Origin: Octopus bimaculoides
Lineage: Eukaryota
Assembly (NCBI RefSeq): GCF_001194135.2
Contig: NC_068984.1
Coordinates: 26,279,059-26,343,058 of the forward strand
DNA: 64,000 nt
Direction: 5' to 3'
Part shown: positions 49,626-63,577 of the stretch, one piece after another
Position numbering within the stretch: position 1 is the stretch's first letter
Layout: each line of letters begins with the position of its first letter
Program-made: the position numbers and the translations under genes
The notes under the pieces: generated by a model
What the model saw: only the letters and a program-made list of their open reading frames with translations
Databases searched by the model: none
What the model was told of the DNA's origin: nothing

Positions 49626-50172
49626 TTGTTCTGGTGGTGGATAAACTGGTAGAACTTTAGGGTGTCGGACAAAACGCCTTTCGTCATTTATTCTAGCACA
49701 TTATGTTCTGAAACAAAGGATTAGCTAAACAACCTGTTTTGATAAACCGAAAGATAGTGTATGTATGTATATATGTATGTATGTATGTTTGTATGTATGT
49801 ATGTATGTATGTATGTATGTATGTATGTATGTATGTATGCATGCATGTATGTATGTATGTATGTATGTATGTATGTATGTCATTATTCAGTTTCATTTCA
49901 AGATTTCTTGCCAATAGAGAAGGAACCGGTTTCTAACATCAACAAAGTCAACAGGGTATTTTTGTATGTATGGTTTCTCATGCATATAGTTGCATATCTA
50001 GACATGCTCATATATACTTAAATGATAAACTTCTGGAAAGCTTTACAGATTTTTACAGCTCCAGTGATGAATTGGATCTGTAGTCTCCGAATCAGCTTTC
50101 TCCTTTCTGGCTTTGAGAAACCTAGTTACTCAAGTATGTATGTATGTATGTATGCATGTATGTATGTATGTA

Positions 50173-50233
<61 letters not shown>

Positions 50234-50479
50234 CTTCGAGGTTTATTTTATGGTTTTTCCTTTACAGAATTCAACCGGTCACTAATGAAGTGGCAAGGCT
50301 CTTTTGTTTAAGATAGCTCTGAGGCCCGAGGTTACCTGGTATACGCGCATGTGTGTATATGTGTGTGTGTGTGTGTATGTGCGCGTGTGTGTTGTGAATT
50401 ATCTTGCACTCGTAGATGTGAAGTTTACTATAGAACACAAGTGTGTTTCTTTACTGTTTATGTACGTATGTTCATAGGT

Positions 50480-51400
50480 ATTCCACATGTATGAGCTATT
50501 GTTTGCGTATTTTCTCCCAGACACCTCAGGTGCCGAATACCTGAAATGTTTTTACAAATAACGCATTTCCTCTGATCGGCTGTAGGTGGAGGGAATGATT
50601 CTGACTAACCTGTTCCATTTTGGAGAAACCCAAACATTTCTACGTTTCTTTGTACATCTGTTGTAACGTAATTCAGTGCAACTATCACAATATCAAATAT
50701 AAATCTATAGCTTGGATATATGAGCTGTAAGTTTTTTCATCAGTCTCTATAGATCTTTCCCATTTCCCCAATTTTTGAAGAGACATCCACGTTCGCCGGG
50801 AAACTGATCCCTACAACAGTGCACAACTTTTGCTGCCTGTCCCATACAACTGTATCAAGCTACTGTGCTTAACAGGTTCCCTTTTCATTGGAATGTTCCA
50901 CCTGTATTCTTTATTTCCAAAGGGGTGGATACTCTCTGGCTCTAGAGTGTCTTTGGTATGGCTGTCAGAACAATCCTTCTTGCGTATAGCTTTGTAGACT
51001 GTCTTAGTGATAATATCATATTTTATGGAAAGGTAGTAATTTGTGGATATTTATGGACAACTACTGACGATATAAGTGTTATCTTCCACATTAATATGGC
51101 ACAATCGACACATTCTCTCTTCTACGACGTTTTTAGACAGCTGCTAATGATATATTCCACACGCGTGTGGCTCAATCGAAATTTTCTATCATAACGTGGA
51201 AGTTTAGAGGCATCCTTATCTCTTTGCTTGATCGGGTATTTAGCAGCTATCTCCTGTTCTCCGATAATAAAAGCATAGCCGTCTTGGTGATATGTGAATT
51301 ACTTATACCACGTAAGTGAGAAAGGCATCTGTTCGAAAGAGTTGGCTGATCTCTTACCGCTTGTAAGAGTCATGAGCATTACTTCTTCCTCCAAGATCAG
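50480..51400 (-). mobile_element. Decayed RLE-type LINE 3' region, family D
   Basis: EQEIAAKY...CRLCHINVEDNTYIVSSCP*ISTNYYL...EPESIHPFGNKEY.WN...IYPSYRF...VALNYV across frames. Confidence 0.75.
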
Positions 51401-52543
51401 TAAGTAAAAATAGATTACATATTACAGAGTTGAAACACAAAATTTATACAAATATGAAAAAGAAAACTTTAAAAAATTATAATTATAGTCCTCCTTTAAA
51501 AATGTCAATAGAAATGAAAAGGCTCAAAATTATATCATAAAATGGAAAATTCAAGCAAGATTTAGATTCTACCAAACTAGAAATAAAAGAAGAGACCATA
51601 TGCAGTAGAGAAGAGGAATATCCTCAAAGACTTCTTAAACAAGATCTCTTTTGAAAGGCAAATACTTTGAAAAGCACCTATTACGCAGCTGGGAAACGCT
51701 ATCTTTATACAACACATACTTAGACCCACATACTTGATATTACTTCTCAAATTCGCTCTTCTTCTTTTTTTTTTTTTTTTCGTTTTTTCAATCTTTCCTG
51801 CTGTCATTTGCCTACTTTATTTTTATATTTACTTCTTCTTTCTAAAACCACTTCCCTCTTCTTTTATTCCTATTATTTTCTTTTTCTTTAGTATTAATCA
51901 TATTAAACGTCTTGGTTTCCCATCAACTTCAAGCAATTTGCTACGCTTTCGCCAGTGACTTTTATATCACAATTAAGGGGAAATAACCAAGAGATCCTAA
52001 GGCCGAGTTATTAATCTTAACAAAAGCGGAAGTTTGAAAAAGTATCTTTTCGAAACATTTCTCATTTTCTGATACCATGTGAATATAATCAGAGTCTGAA
52101 ATTGAGACCGTGAAACTAATGGTAGCCTACACGATAAGTTAGCTCATATTGCTTAATGTATGTGTGTGTGTGTGTGTGTGTAAACATTTACATTTTGAAA
52201 TAATCATGATATTCAGTTAAGACACATATATATCATTATATTCACTCGTGTAATTGTATTCTATTACTACGAAGTGTCAAAAAATTATCATCATGCGTCT
52301 ACACGTACCACAGAAATAAATCCTAACCGAAAGTAAACAAACAGAGTTACGTTTGCGTGGTATTGAGCGTGGACAATAATTCTGTTAGCACTGACAAACG
52401 TTGCCATATGATAAACACTTCACAGTAGGGAAATTTGTAGTTATGTTTTAATAATATTCTATTAGACTGATTGGGTACTCTTTAATTTGTTCGTACTACT
52501 TTGAAGCAATTACGTACATGCATACTTACATGCATACATACAT

Positions 52544-52940
52544 TGTTTTGTTTTGTTTTGTTGGCACTCCGTCGCTTACGACGTCGAGGGTTCCAGTTGA
52601 TCCGATCAACGGAACAGCTTGCTCGTGAAATTAACGTGCAAGTGGCTGAGCACTCAACAGACACGTGTACCCTTAACGTAGTTCTCGGGGATATTCAGCG
52701 TGACACAATGTGACAAGGCTGACCCTTTGAATTACAGGCACAACAGAAACAGGAAGTAAGAGTGAGAGAAAGTTGTGGTGGAAGAGTACAGCAGGGTTCG
52801 CCACCATCCCCTGCCGGAGCTTCGTGGGGCTTTAGGTGTTTTCGCTCAATAAACACTCACAACGCCCGGTCTGGGAATCGAAACCGCGATCCTATGACCG
52901 CGAGTCTGCTGCCCTAACCACTGGACCATTGCGCCTCCAC
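52544..52940 (-). mobile_element. SINE family R, full length, inserted in (CATA)n
   Basis: Near-identical to 4700 and 24822 copies. Confidence 0.95.
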
Positions 52941-52993
52941 ACATACATACATACATACATACATAATCTTTCACTCTCTCACTCACTCATTGT

Positions 52994-53240
52994 TGAGGCG
53001 CATGGCTTGGTGATTAGGGGTTTTAGACTCATAATTTTAAGATTTTAGTTTCAATTCACGGATTGGACGAATCTTGGCATTGTTGAGCAAAACGCTATTT
53101 CACGTCGCTCCAGTTCATTCAGTTGGCAAAAATGAGTAATCCTGCGACAGATTGGCGTCCCATCCAGGAGGTTAATATATGCGTCACGGAAACCGGAAAA
53201 CTGGTCTTACGAGTCTATATGACCCGGGAATGATCTTTAT
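52994..53240 (+). mobile_element. SINE family M (older copy)
   Basis: GAGGCGCATGGCTTGGTG...TTGAGCAAAACGC...GGCAAAAATGAGTAATCCTGCGA...GGCGTCCCATCCAG. Confidence 0.8.
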
Positions 53241-54361
53241 CCTAATCCCTCCCCATTCACTCACTCGCTCAATCGCTCGCTTGTTCATGCACACGCAAAT
53301 ATTTTTTACATAGGCAATAATAGATCGTCTGTCAGTTTTGATAATGTTTTTTCCGGGCATTCAATTACTTCAGTTGTCTGCCCTTTGTATCATAATGTAT
53401 GGGGGTTGAATACTCCATGGATATTTGTAACTTGAATGTAATCGTTAACCTGATTCAGCAAGTACCTCTATAACAGCATATTACAAGTTGACTCTGTGAA
53501 TTACCATAACAATCGTTCTATAAAGTTTCTGTGCAATCAGTTTCACTCGTCACACTTGGTCCAACTCGAGGCTATGTTACAAGACACCCAATGTGACATA
53601 GAGTCGGGATCGAACGCGGAATCTTATAATTGCAAATGAAACTTCTGTTTCAACTATTAGGCCATGTCTTCACATTTTACGTAAATGCGAACACACATTG
53701 TTAGAGAGGAAAATTAAAATTTTCCTTTGGCTGCATTTAGCTGAGTATAATTTTAAACAGAGGAGATGTGGAATATTGTTACTTAACTTATTCGCTGAAG
53801 GAAGCTTGAAAAGTAAATTCAGTTTGGTAGAATTTGAATTCAGATGAGTACCATATCTAAGTCAAAATAAACTCTCAAATCCATTTGTCAGCTTCCACAA
53901 CCATTTCTACCGCACTGTCATACAATAAATATTAATTTCTTTCGATAAGTTCAATGTTTGTAAAGAAATGATCATAATTGACTGAAATGGTAATTAGGTG
54001 TCGCAAATCAGATGCCATTTCAACAAGAGTAGTGCCAGATTATCAAAATATGCTGGTATATTGAAACTTTGTCTTTAAAAAAAGAAAAAAATCATGTTTC
54101 CACTGTCACCAAATCGGTAAATGGATTTTCCCGTGGCATCAATACTTGCCGACTTCTTTTCGCCTGACAAATAAAATTAACGAATGCCATGTTGTATAGT
54201 AAAGTTTCTATACCTCACAATTGTAAAAACGCGAGTTCCCTTAAATCAGTATCTTCAGGTAATTCCTCAGCGTTTTCACTGAACAGTGTTCCTTAAATTA
54301 GTATATACTCGGATCACTTTACGCTAAACTACTTTCATTGCATTGAATCAAGTACTGACAA

Positions 54362-54405
<44 letters not shown>

Positions 54406-54553
54406 TCTTTGTATCAGCTATAGACTATTAACATGTCCTTTTGTTTCTTAATGTCGTAAAATGTAGAAATACCTGTTTTATATTCACGCTCAGTAGCGTT
54501 CCGGTTGAACCTCATTTCGAGCACTGTTTTATTTCAATATCTGGGTGCAAGAA

Positions 54554-54980
54554 GGCGGTGAGCTGGTAGAAACGTTAGCAGGCCGGGCGAAATGCTTAAC
54601 GGTATTTCGTCCGTCTTTACTTACGTTCTGAGTTCAAATTCCGCCGAGGTCCACTTTGCCTTTCATCCTTTCAGGGTCGATAAATTAAGTCCCAGTTACG
54701 CACTGGGGTCGATGTAATCGACCTAATCCCTTTGTCTGTCCTTGTTTTCCCCGTCTATGTTTAGCCCCTTCTGGGCAATAAAGAAATAAGAAATGTTAGC
54801 ACGCCGGGCGAAATGCTTAGCGGTATTTCGTCTGTCTACGTTCTGAGTTCCAAATCCGCCGAGGTCGACTTTGCTTTTTATCCTCTCGATATCGATGAAT
54901 TAAAATACCAGTTGCGTACTGGGTCGATCTAATCGACTGGCCTCAAATTTCGGGCCTTGTGTCTAGAGTAGAAAAGAATA
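54554..54980 (+). mobile_element. Tandem dimer of SINE family N (long-tail unit 54554-54792, then a head-truncated short-tail unit)
   Basis: GTTAGCA.GCCGGGCGAAATGCTTA and CCGCCGAGGTC.ACTTTGC each occur twice in tandem. Confidence 0.9.
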
Positions 54981-56089
54981 TTTGGTTGCAAGATGAGAGT
55001 TACATGTTTTTATTTTCCCACCTTTCTCACATTGGTTATTCTTATGCATCTTATACATATTGAACGATATTTTCACTAACAGGAGGACTACATCTACATA
55101 AGTAGATAATGGCTGATAAAAAGACTTAGGTGATGATCACTATTGTTCTCAATTGGAATAAAACTAATGACAGTGTTCATCAGCGGCTTTATGGAACTTC
55201 ACTGTAATTAGTTTATTGTCAGGTGCAATAGTTTTAAAACAAATGATGTTATTTAGAAGTAGACCAGCTCGTGAAGACCTATGGTCAAACATATTCCAAA
55301 TGTGGCCATTCCATCTTTTTAGAGTTATATAAAGCTGCTGTGTCGACGCCCCCAAGCGAAGTAGTAGGCTCGATCAAGACATATAAATAGAGGTGGACTG
55401 ACAATTCATTCATCATTCGTTCTATGTACCCCACGTTTTGTATTGTATTGTCTGTCCTTGTAATGTCCCCCCTCTGTGTAGTGGCCGTAGTTCCAAAATA
55501 AAGAAATGAGTTGAATAGCTGTTGAATAGCAGATGAGTAGCAGTCGCGTAGAGATCCTCCGAAGATACGAGACAGCAGTAGCTGGAGACATAACAAAAGC
55601 TATATTATTTAATTTATCCTTTTCTTATTTTGGTGGCAGAGTCTGTTTTGTAGGAAATTTGGCTGATGTGTCTAGTAAAATAGTTTGTGAAAAAGAGAAG
55701 AATAATGCTTATGAAAGACTATTCTCTTGAATTATTTCCCCGCTTTCTCTTACGCGTCAAAAGAAGTAGAGAAAAGTTCCACCTGAATAGATTGTAGCAA
55801 GAGACAACTCGTTGAGATGGAAAAGTTTTCTTTTGATTAAACAAATATTTATCGAACAAGATTAGCGTAGTTTCTATCTACAAAGTCTGCTGTACAGAGG
55901 CAAAATTATAAATGATTCTTCCAGTTTCGGGGTTGGAATTATCGTTCTGATACCAAAAGTCTGCCAAAATCGTTATAAGACAATTTACATTTCCTGTCCT
56001 GAAAACCTCAGACCACTAAGGTATATATTACTTACTATATTGATGCTAGTCTGGTGATATGGTAGGTTGATACCAGTGATTTTATTTTA

Positions 56090-56134
<45 letters not shown>

Positions 56135-56207
56135 TGTACGTGTGTGTGTGTATACTATATATATATATTTCATACACACACACACACACACACACACNNN
56201 NNNNNNN

Positions 56208-56268
<61 letters not shown>

Positions 56269-58340
56269 TGTACATAGATATGTGTATATAGTTTTCAGAT
56301 TTATTTTGTTTTGATTATTTATTGAAAGCGAAACAAGATGAAGTGTGCAATGTTTGATAATTTGTACTCATTAAGAAATATGAATCTATCATATGTAAAA
56401 ATAAATATTAGTTTTAAGCTGTTATGCTGTTAACATTCTCGAAAGAATTAATGATTGACTGAAAAAGGAGGAAATGTGAATGTGATTCAGTAATGATATA
56501 TACATATATATACTAGGAACCATTCATACATACATACATACATACATACATACACGCGCGCGCGCACAGACACACTCACACACACATATACACACAAGCA
56601 TTATTGAATGAGCGGGATGAATATAAACTAAATATAACTATGTCTTCCACGCTTCTTTCAGATCTCCTGTAGTAGCTCTGTGTTACGCTGGTCAGTAGCG
56701 CAACACAGTCTTCTTTACTTTTTAAAAATATTCAACATATATTACGTTACATTACATTATTTAAAACAGTATATTACGCCATACGTCCACAAGTTTTTTT
56801 TTTTATACATGGCTTATAATAGTTTCTTATAATGGTTTACATGATCCATTTCTGGAGCATATAAGACATTCTTTCTATTATCATCGTCACCTTTCTAGCC
56901 CCAAAACAAACACTTCTGGAATTAAACCAGACACTTGTTTCAGCAACAAATATCTCTCAACCACCTAAGTTTACCTCCCCAATCATCGAGTAATAAATTT
57001 ATCTGATTTATCTAGACTAATTATCAACCCTAATAAACTATAACACTCCTCCATTTAAGACCATCATTTGAATTGTTATCATTGTCGAATATCTCGTCAG
57101 CCCTAATCGAATATATAACTATGACCAGAGGTATTATAACCGTGACCATCCTATCTTTTCAGGCACAATTTGCCATAGACTCTTTTTTCTTGTATTCTTT
57201 GCTAGTTTCAACCATTTGACTTCAGCCATATTAATGCTCAGTCAAATTAATATGGCTACAGTTATATCAATTTGACTGTAGCCAAATTAATATGGAGCGA
57301 GATTAATATGAACGATCGAAATACTTGATTTTAAGTATTTTAATCGTTCGTATGAGTTCAAGTCCTTATCTTTCTCTGGTGCTTATTTTATATACTTGTT
57401 TATCACAGTCTATGTTTAACCTTTTTGGCGTTACGGAGCGTGGTACACGGATGTTTTACACCTGCATATATAAATACAGGTACACAGATACCCACATGCA
57501 CGCAGGCATATATTAATAGAAGTGGACACATTTTGAATTATAACTGTGTGTTTGAAATAATAGATTGCTCGAATGACTGAAACAGAGGAGTAGCGTATCA
57601 ATGTATAAGCAAAAGTTTTTGCAAATCTTTAATAGACAGAAACTTGATTGGCTGTTTAAAAACCGAAGGAAAATGTGACACGCATTCAGTTATTTAACAC
57701 ACATGCTTAGAAATGCAATATCTTTTCGCGTACAAAAGTAGGTAAGTATTGTGCATAAAAAATAATGAAAGTGGCTGTTGTTAATTGAGTTTTATAGTTG
57801 ATGAATATTGATGAATCACATTTCATTACGCCGCTTTCCTATTTTATTTCAACAAAAGTTAACATATTTCTTTGGTAAGGACAAATGTTCTTCAATACAG
57901 ACACATATACATACTCACAGTCATACATATACACACAAAACAAACAAATATACACATGCATACAACAAGTTGCTACAAAAATTCCGTCTACTGAATTTTA
58001 TTCACTAGATATTCGTCAACCCGATTCTACATTAGAAAACTTTTACAAAAGATTCCTCATCTCTTTGGCAACTTTCTATGTTTCAAAGATTGTAAAGAGG
58101 ATTTTAAATTTCTAGCTGTTGAGAGGCCATCTATGGGCTATCTCGGTCGTGTATTGGCATAGGGCTTATTATTTCAGAGGTTGCTGCCATGGTGGACGTA
58201 TCCCCAATTTAACCCAATTTTTTCTGCTGAAGCTCAAATGGAGGAAACGAGTTTCTCTTATAGAGAGAGTATGAGGATTGAGAAAGAAGTAATTATATTG
58301 TCATCGTTCTAAAAAAACTAAGATTGTTTTAAGTATTTCG

Positions 58341-58404
58341 GTTTGGCTTGCTGCTGCTGATGAACCGCTACACGATGAAATCACGTGATATGCTAGTGCC
58401 ATAC
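58341..58404 (+). ncRNA. Decayed type I hammerhead-like motif
   Basis: CTGATGA(58357)-ACCG ctaca CGAT-GAAA-TC acgt GA-TA. Palindromic ACGT loop in stem III, AUA triplet; stem I only distal TGGC/GCCA. Confidence 0.45.
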
Positions 58405-58864
58405 GCCGACCTATTGACAAATTTCGCCAACCGATAATATAATTTCAATACGTTTTTAGCATTTGTCATCTACACGAAATGATTTTGGGAGACGTTTACA
58501 GTAGTCTAAGGGGTTGAAAACACACTTATGATTGGCTGAATGTAGTAATTAATAGACGTTATTTTGTTTTGTCATTAATAAAGGTGGAGACAAAAAGAAA
58601 ACTTAATTAAGAGCATGAGTGTGTAAGGAGACTTTGACAGTTTGAGAAGCATCAGTTTAAACCAGTAGTTTCTACAGTAGTGATACAAGAGACAGGAGTG
58701 TGAGATCTTGTGATACAACATCACCATCAATCACTGTCGTATATATTAGTCCCCACCATCATTAATACTAATACATCACTAATAAAACCCCTGCTACCAT
58801 TACAACTACCACTATTAAGTAGTATATAACAGTCAATCTATAGAAATAAAGTCAATGAATAAAT

Positions 58865-59235
58865 CAATTATGCCAATGATGATGATGATGATGGTGAGAA
58901 AAGGGGAAATATGAAGCAGAAATGAAGAAGAATGGTGATGACAACAATGTTGATAATGATGATGATGATGACGACGACGACGACGACAATCATGATGATG
59001 CAAACAACAACGGTGATGAAGATGATGATGAGACGAAGGTGGCGGAAGAAGATGACCACCATTACAAAACGACTTATTCGTCCAGGGAAACGTAACGTTG
59101 ATTATACAAATATAGTCGTTATTGTTGCTACAGATGATTTATAATGATGAAGATGATGACAACGACGACGATGATGACAATGATGGTAGTAACAGAGGGA
59201 GGTGGAGGATTACAATAATTATAATGATAATGACT
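58865..59235. repeat. Degenerate (GAT/GAC/GAA)n low-complexity tract
   Basis: Directly visible. Confidence 0.9.
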
Positions 59236-60242
59236 ATTTCATTCCAGGTGATTTTCCTTTGCACTCTGTTATACCTCCAATTTATTTGTTCATTCTTTAT
59301 TTTCTTAATTTGTATTCATAGTTTAATGGAACCTTCTCTCTTTCAACGCTTACTTCCTTACTTCTTTTCTTTCTTCCATTACTTTCCTTTCTTACGGTTA
59401 CTGTCTTTTTCCACCCACCCCTTCCATACCACACGATACCTATCAACATTTTACGCTTTCAACTTCTGTCCGTCTCTCTTTCTCTTTTTCTCACTTTCCG
59501 CCCCCCCCCCCNNNNNNNNNNNNNNNNNNNNNNNNNNNNNNNNNNNNNNNNNNNNNNNNNNNNNNNNNNNNNNNNNNNNNNNNNNNNNNNNNNNNNNNNN
59601 NNNNNNNNNNNACAGGTAGGTAGGTAGGTAGGTACGTTGGTAGGTAGGTAGATGCATAAAATGATAGAAGTATGGATAAATTGAATGATAGAAACATACA
59701 TAAATTCATACTAGAGGTATGTGTGTTTAAATACGTTGAGTTTGTTTAAATATGAACTGACCCGTACATATCCAAGGAGTTGATATGATCCATTCCGCAT
59801 CTATGCGCTCCTTGGTTCGATCCCACTTCCTGAGATATTTGAGCAAATACCATACTCCTTGATTCAGTCGACAAAGGAGTTTTGAATGAATTTAGGCGCA
59901 AGGAAGCTTTTTACCTGAGAATTCCTGAAAGGTCGCTGGTTCTATCTGATATGCACCCGTAAAGTTATAGATCGATATTGTACAACATAGGACATATGTA
60001 TGTACGCATGCGTGTATGTATGTATGTATGTATGTATGTATGTATAAAATAATTACTAGGTTTACAAAGAATACGTCTTGGGGTCGATTTGTTTGACTCA
60101 ACGCACACACACACATATGTGTGAGTGTATATCACTTGTTTTTGGTACACACACATCCGTCCACATACAATCATATTTATCTATGAGTAGGTATATATAT
60201 ATATATATATATCAGAAAGCCCACAAAAATATAATAATGATA

Positions 60243-60460
60243 ATAGCTTCAAATTTTTGTATAAGGCCACCAATTTTAGGCGGATGGGGAAGTTAGTGAA
60301 TTAACATCAACCCCAGCGGTTGAGTGATAATTAACTTTATAAACCGGTTAATTATGAAAGGTAAATTTGACCATGCTGGGATTTGAACTCAGAACGTAAG
60401 CCCCCAGAAGGAATGACGCTAAGCGTTTTGCCCGATTAATGAACGACGCTACCAGTTCAC
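60243..60460 (-). mobile_element. SINE family N (old copy)
   Basis: ATGAAAGGTAAATTTGACC...GGATTTGAACTCAGAACG. Confidence 0.7.
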
Positions 60461-60571
60461 CCACCTTAATGATATAGGCACAGAAATTGAAATTTGGGAT
60501 AGTCAGCTAGTTGATTACATCGAACTCGTTGCTTATCTAGTACTTATTTTTTCGATGTGCGTGCATATATA

Positions 60572-60785
60572 CAGGGTGGGGCTGAAAAGTTCCTGTCTCT
60601 GGGTAAAAGAAATTACAGTAGGACCAGTTAATTATGATTTTATTCACCATATTACCCTCCTAGATTCACACTCTTATTGCATCGGTTCTTCAGTTTTTCT
60701 AAGCTCTGTAAAAGACCTCGGAGGTTTAGACCTCCAACTAGGTCTTCCGCGCCACCCTTAAATCCAGGAACTTTTCGGTCTCCCA
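60572..60785. mobile_element. Mariner-derived MITE, second copy of the 26084 family
   Basis: TA|CAGGGTGGGGCTGAAAAGTTCCTG...CCAGGAACTTTTCGGTCTCCC; same interior as 26084. Confidence 0.85.
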
Positions 60786-61346
60786 TATATATATATATAC
60801 TTATATATACTCATATATATATACAAATATACACAGATTGAATATTCCAGAGTATCTCAATCCCACCCACACGCATAACCATAGGTCCCACTACGATTAC
60901 ATGCATACAAGAATTATTTTGGTCTTTAACACGCGGTAAAACAACACAGGTAGAGAGTGACATATTCATGCCATTAAAATGTTACAATTGAATGCATTCA
61001 CACAATCATTGCATCTTTACAATCCTATCTACTATTTATATTTCGTGTAGATACCTATAAGTATTTTGGTGTTAATGATATATGTGAAAATTATTGAAAT
61101 GTTTACAACATGCAAGTGCATATGAGCGGAAAATATAAACATATCTATAATTACATTTAAATATAACTTCCAGTAAAATGCCGCTCCTGGCAACAATATA
61201 TATCAATATATCTCCTTACTTATAGATATAGATGTAAGTAGATATACATATCTATGCGCACGTACAGGCACACACACATACACACATATAAACTGACTGA
61301 TTATATATATCTGTTTGCAGTCAGGAAGTTGCAAAAGTATATTATG

Positions 61347-61425
<79 letters not shown>

Positions 61426-61708
61426 NNNNNNNNNNNNNNNNNNNNNNNNNNNNNNNNNNNNNNNNNNNNNNNNNNNNNNNNNNNNNNNNNNNNNNNNNNN
61501 NNNNNNNNNNNNNNNNNNNNNNNNNNNNNNNNNNNNNNNNNNNNNNNNNNNNNNNNNNNNNNNNNNNNNNNNNNNNNNNNNNNNNNNNNNNNNNNNNNNN
61601 NNNNNNNNNNNNNNNNNNNNNNNNNNNNNNNNNNNNNNNNNNNNNNNNNNNNNNNNNNNNNNNNNNNNNNNNNNNNNNNNNNNNNNNNNNNNNNNNNNNN
61701 NNNNNNNN

Positions 61709-61752
<44 letters not shown>

Positions 61753-62766
61753 GGTATATACATGTATATACATTAAAACATACACATAAGTATTGCAATA
61801 CTGATAAACTGTTGTTAAAACTTAATATACTTCTGCTTAAGAGTAATGCGTCAGGTGAGTACAGAGCATAATACCAATTAATAAATAACAAAAGAACAAG
61901 TTTTACGTAATCACTTCCATCAGCTTACTGCTGTTTCTGCTTTAAGTAGCATTGCACTGAGAGTTGAGTATTCGCACGTCATCTTATGGCTTCTTTGGGG
62001 CTATTCAAATGAAATCATGTATTTGCAATATAGGCAGAATGCCAGGAATAAGTGAAGAAAAATGCCGTGGGTGATATGAATCCAAATGTTTATTCCTTCT
62101 GGAAAAATAAATATAATACTGTCTTGAACAGGATTTGAACTGAAATTACTAAGAAACTTCAATAAATACTACCTGTTCTGTAAATCTGTCGCCTTTCTTT
62201 AGTGAAATAATACTGCAAGAAAATTCGTATAATTTATTTATCCAAAATCCAGTATGTATTTTGCGAAGGGGGATTAATAAGCTCTATGTGTGACAAGAGT
62301 ATACAGAGAGTGATTTAACAAGCTAGACAATAATTTGTTATGTTAGTGTGAACATATTTAATGCACTGGACATTAAAAGAAAAAAGAAAAAAGAAAAAAG
62401 AACTATATAGAAATAAAAAGCAATAACTCTTGGCGCGGCTCAGTATTATTTGAATTTCATTAGCGATGAGTAACCATCATGAAGTATATGAACGATATTG
62501 CATGTCATTCGGCGTAAGAAAAAAATAGCTGCATGAGAAACAATGTATATATTAAATAGGATTTACATTAACTTAGTTATTGTTTTCCAAGGCTGGGTAT
62601 GACGAATATGAGTCGACAAGGAATTTCAAAATGTATTTGAAAAACGGCTCATTTAATTCATTTCCGTTCTTATGTGCAGAACTAGGGAAGAAAGGATGTT
62701 CATCCTCTAAATTGCGTTGGTGATATTGTAAATGAATGCATTTCAAATGAATTTAAAAAGATTTGC

Positions 62767-62835
<69 letters not shown>

Positions 62836-63081
62836 TTAAGAATATTCTTTCTACACTAATAAAATGCTGTAACTAAACAAAGAAACAAATTTTAATATTT
62901 TCCATCAAAATTGTGCGACTCATGGCCTAATAAATAAGGGTGAATATACTATGCAATGTTTATATTTGGATTTACCTAGGTCTGCTACATCTTGCTTTTC
63001 TTGTGGTTAACACTGCAAATTTGAAAATCTTGAATTTGTGCCTGCTTCGATCAATCGATCCATGGATGGATGGATGGATCT

Positions 63082-63120
<39 letters not shown>

Positions 63121-63577
63121 TATCAATCGATCAATCAATCAGCCACTGTGTGTGTGTATGTGTGTGTGTATGGCAAATCAAAAATTAAGGCAAAAATAAA
63201 ACAAAAACAACAAAAGTCAAAAGCTTAAGATGGAAAAGGTGGGGGCTGTGGCGCTTCGGGCATGGCTCTTCGTCAGAAAGAGGAAAGAAGAAAGGTGTGG
63301 TGAGAAGGAAAAGAATAGTCTGAGAAAAGCACTTGTGTCGTCACATGGCTGAAGTGACCAATATATATATATATAAAGAGAGAGGTATAGATATATATAT
63401 CCACACACCCAACTGTTTACTCAAATTGGTGCATACATACCTACATTCACATATGCGTGGTTGCTATTAACCAGTGGCTGTAGAACTTCAATTCCTGTGT
63501 AGCATTTAAGGCCTGTGACACTTACAACTTGTCACCAACATCCTCCACTCTCTCTTTCACTTCCTCTCTCTCACTCT

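Noticed and set aside
61852-61860. Perfect plus-strand donor CAG|GTGAGT
   Set aside because: No supporting exon or ORF; expected by chance in a window this size.
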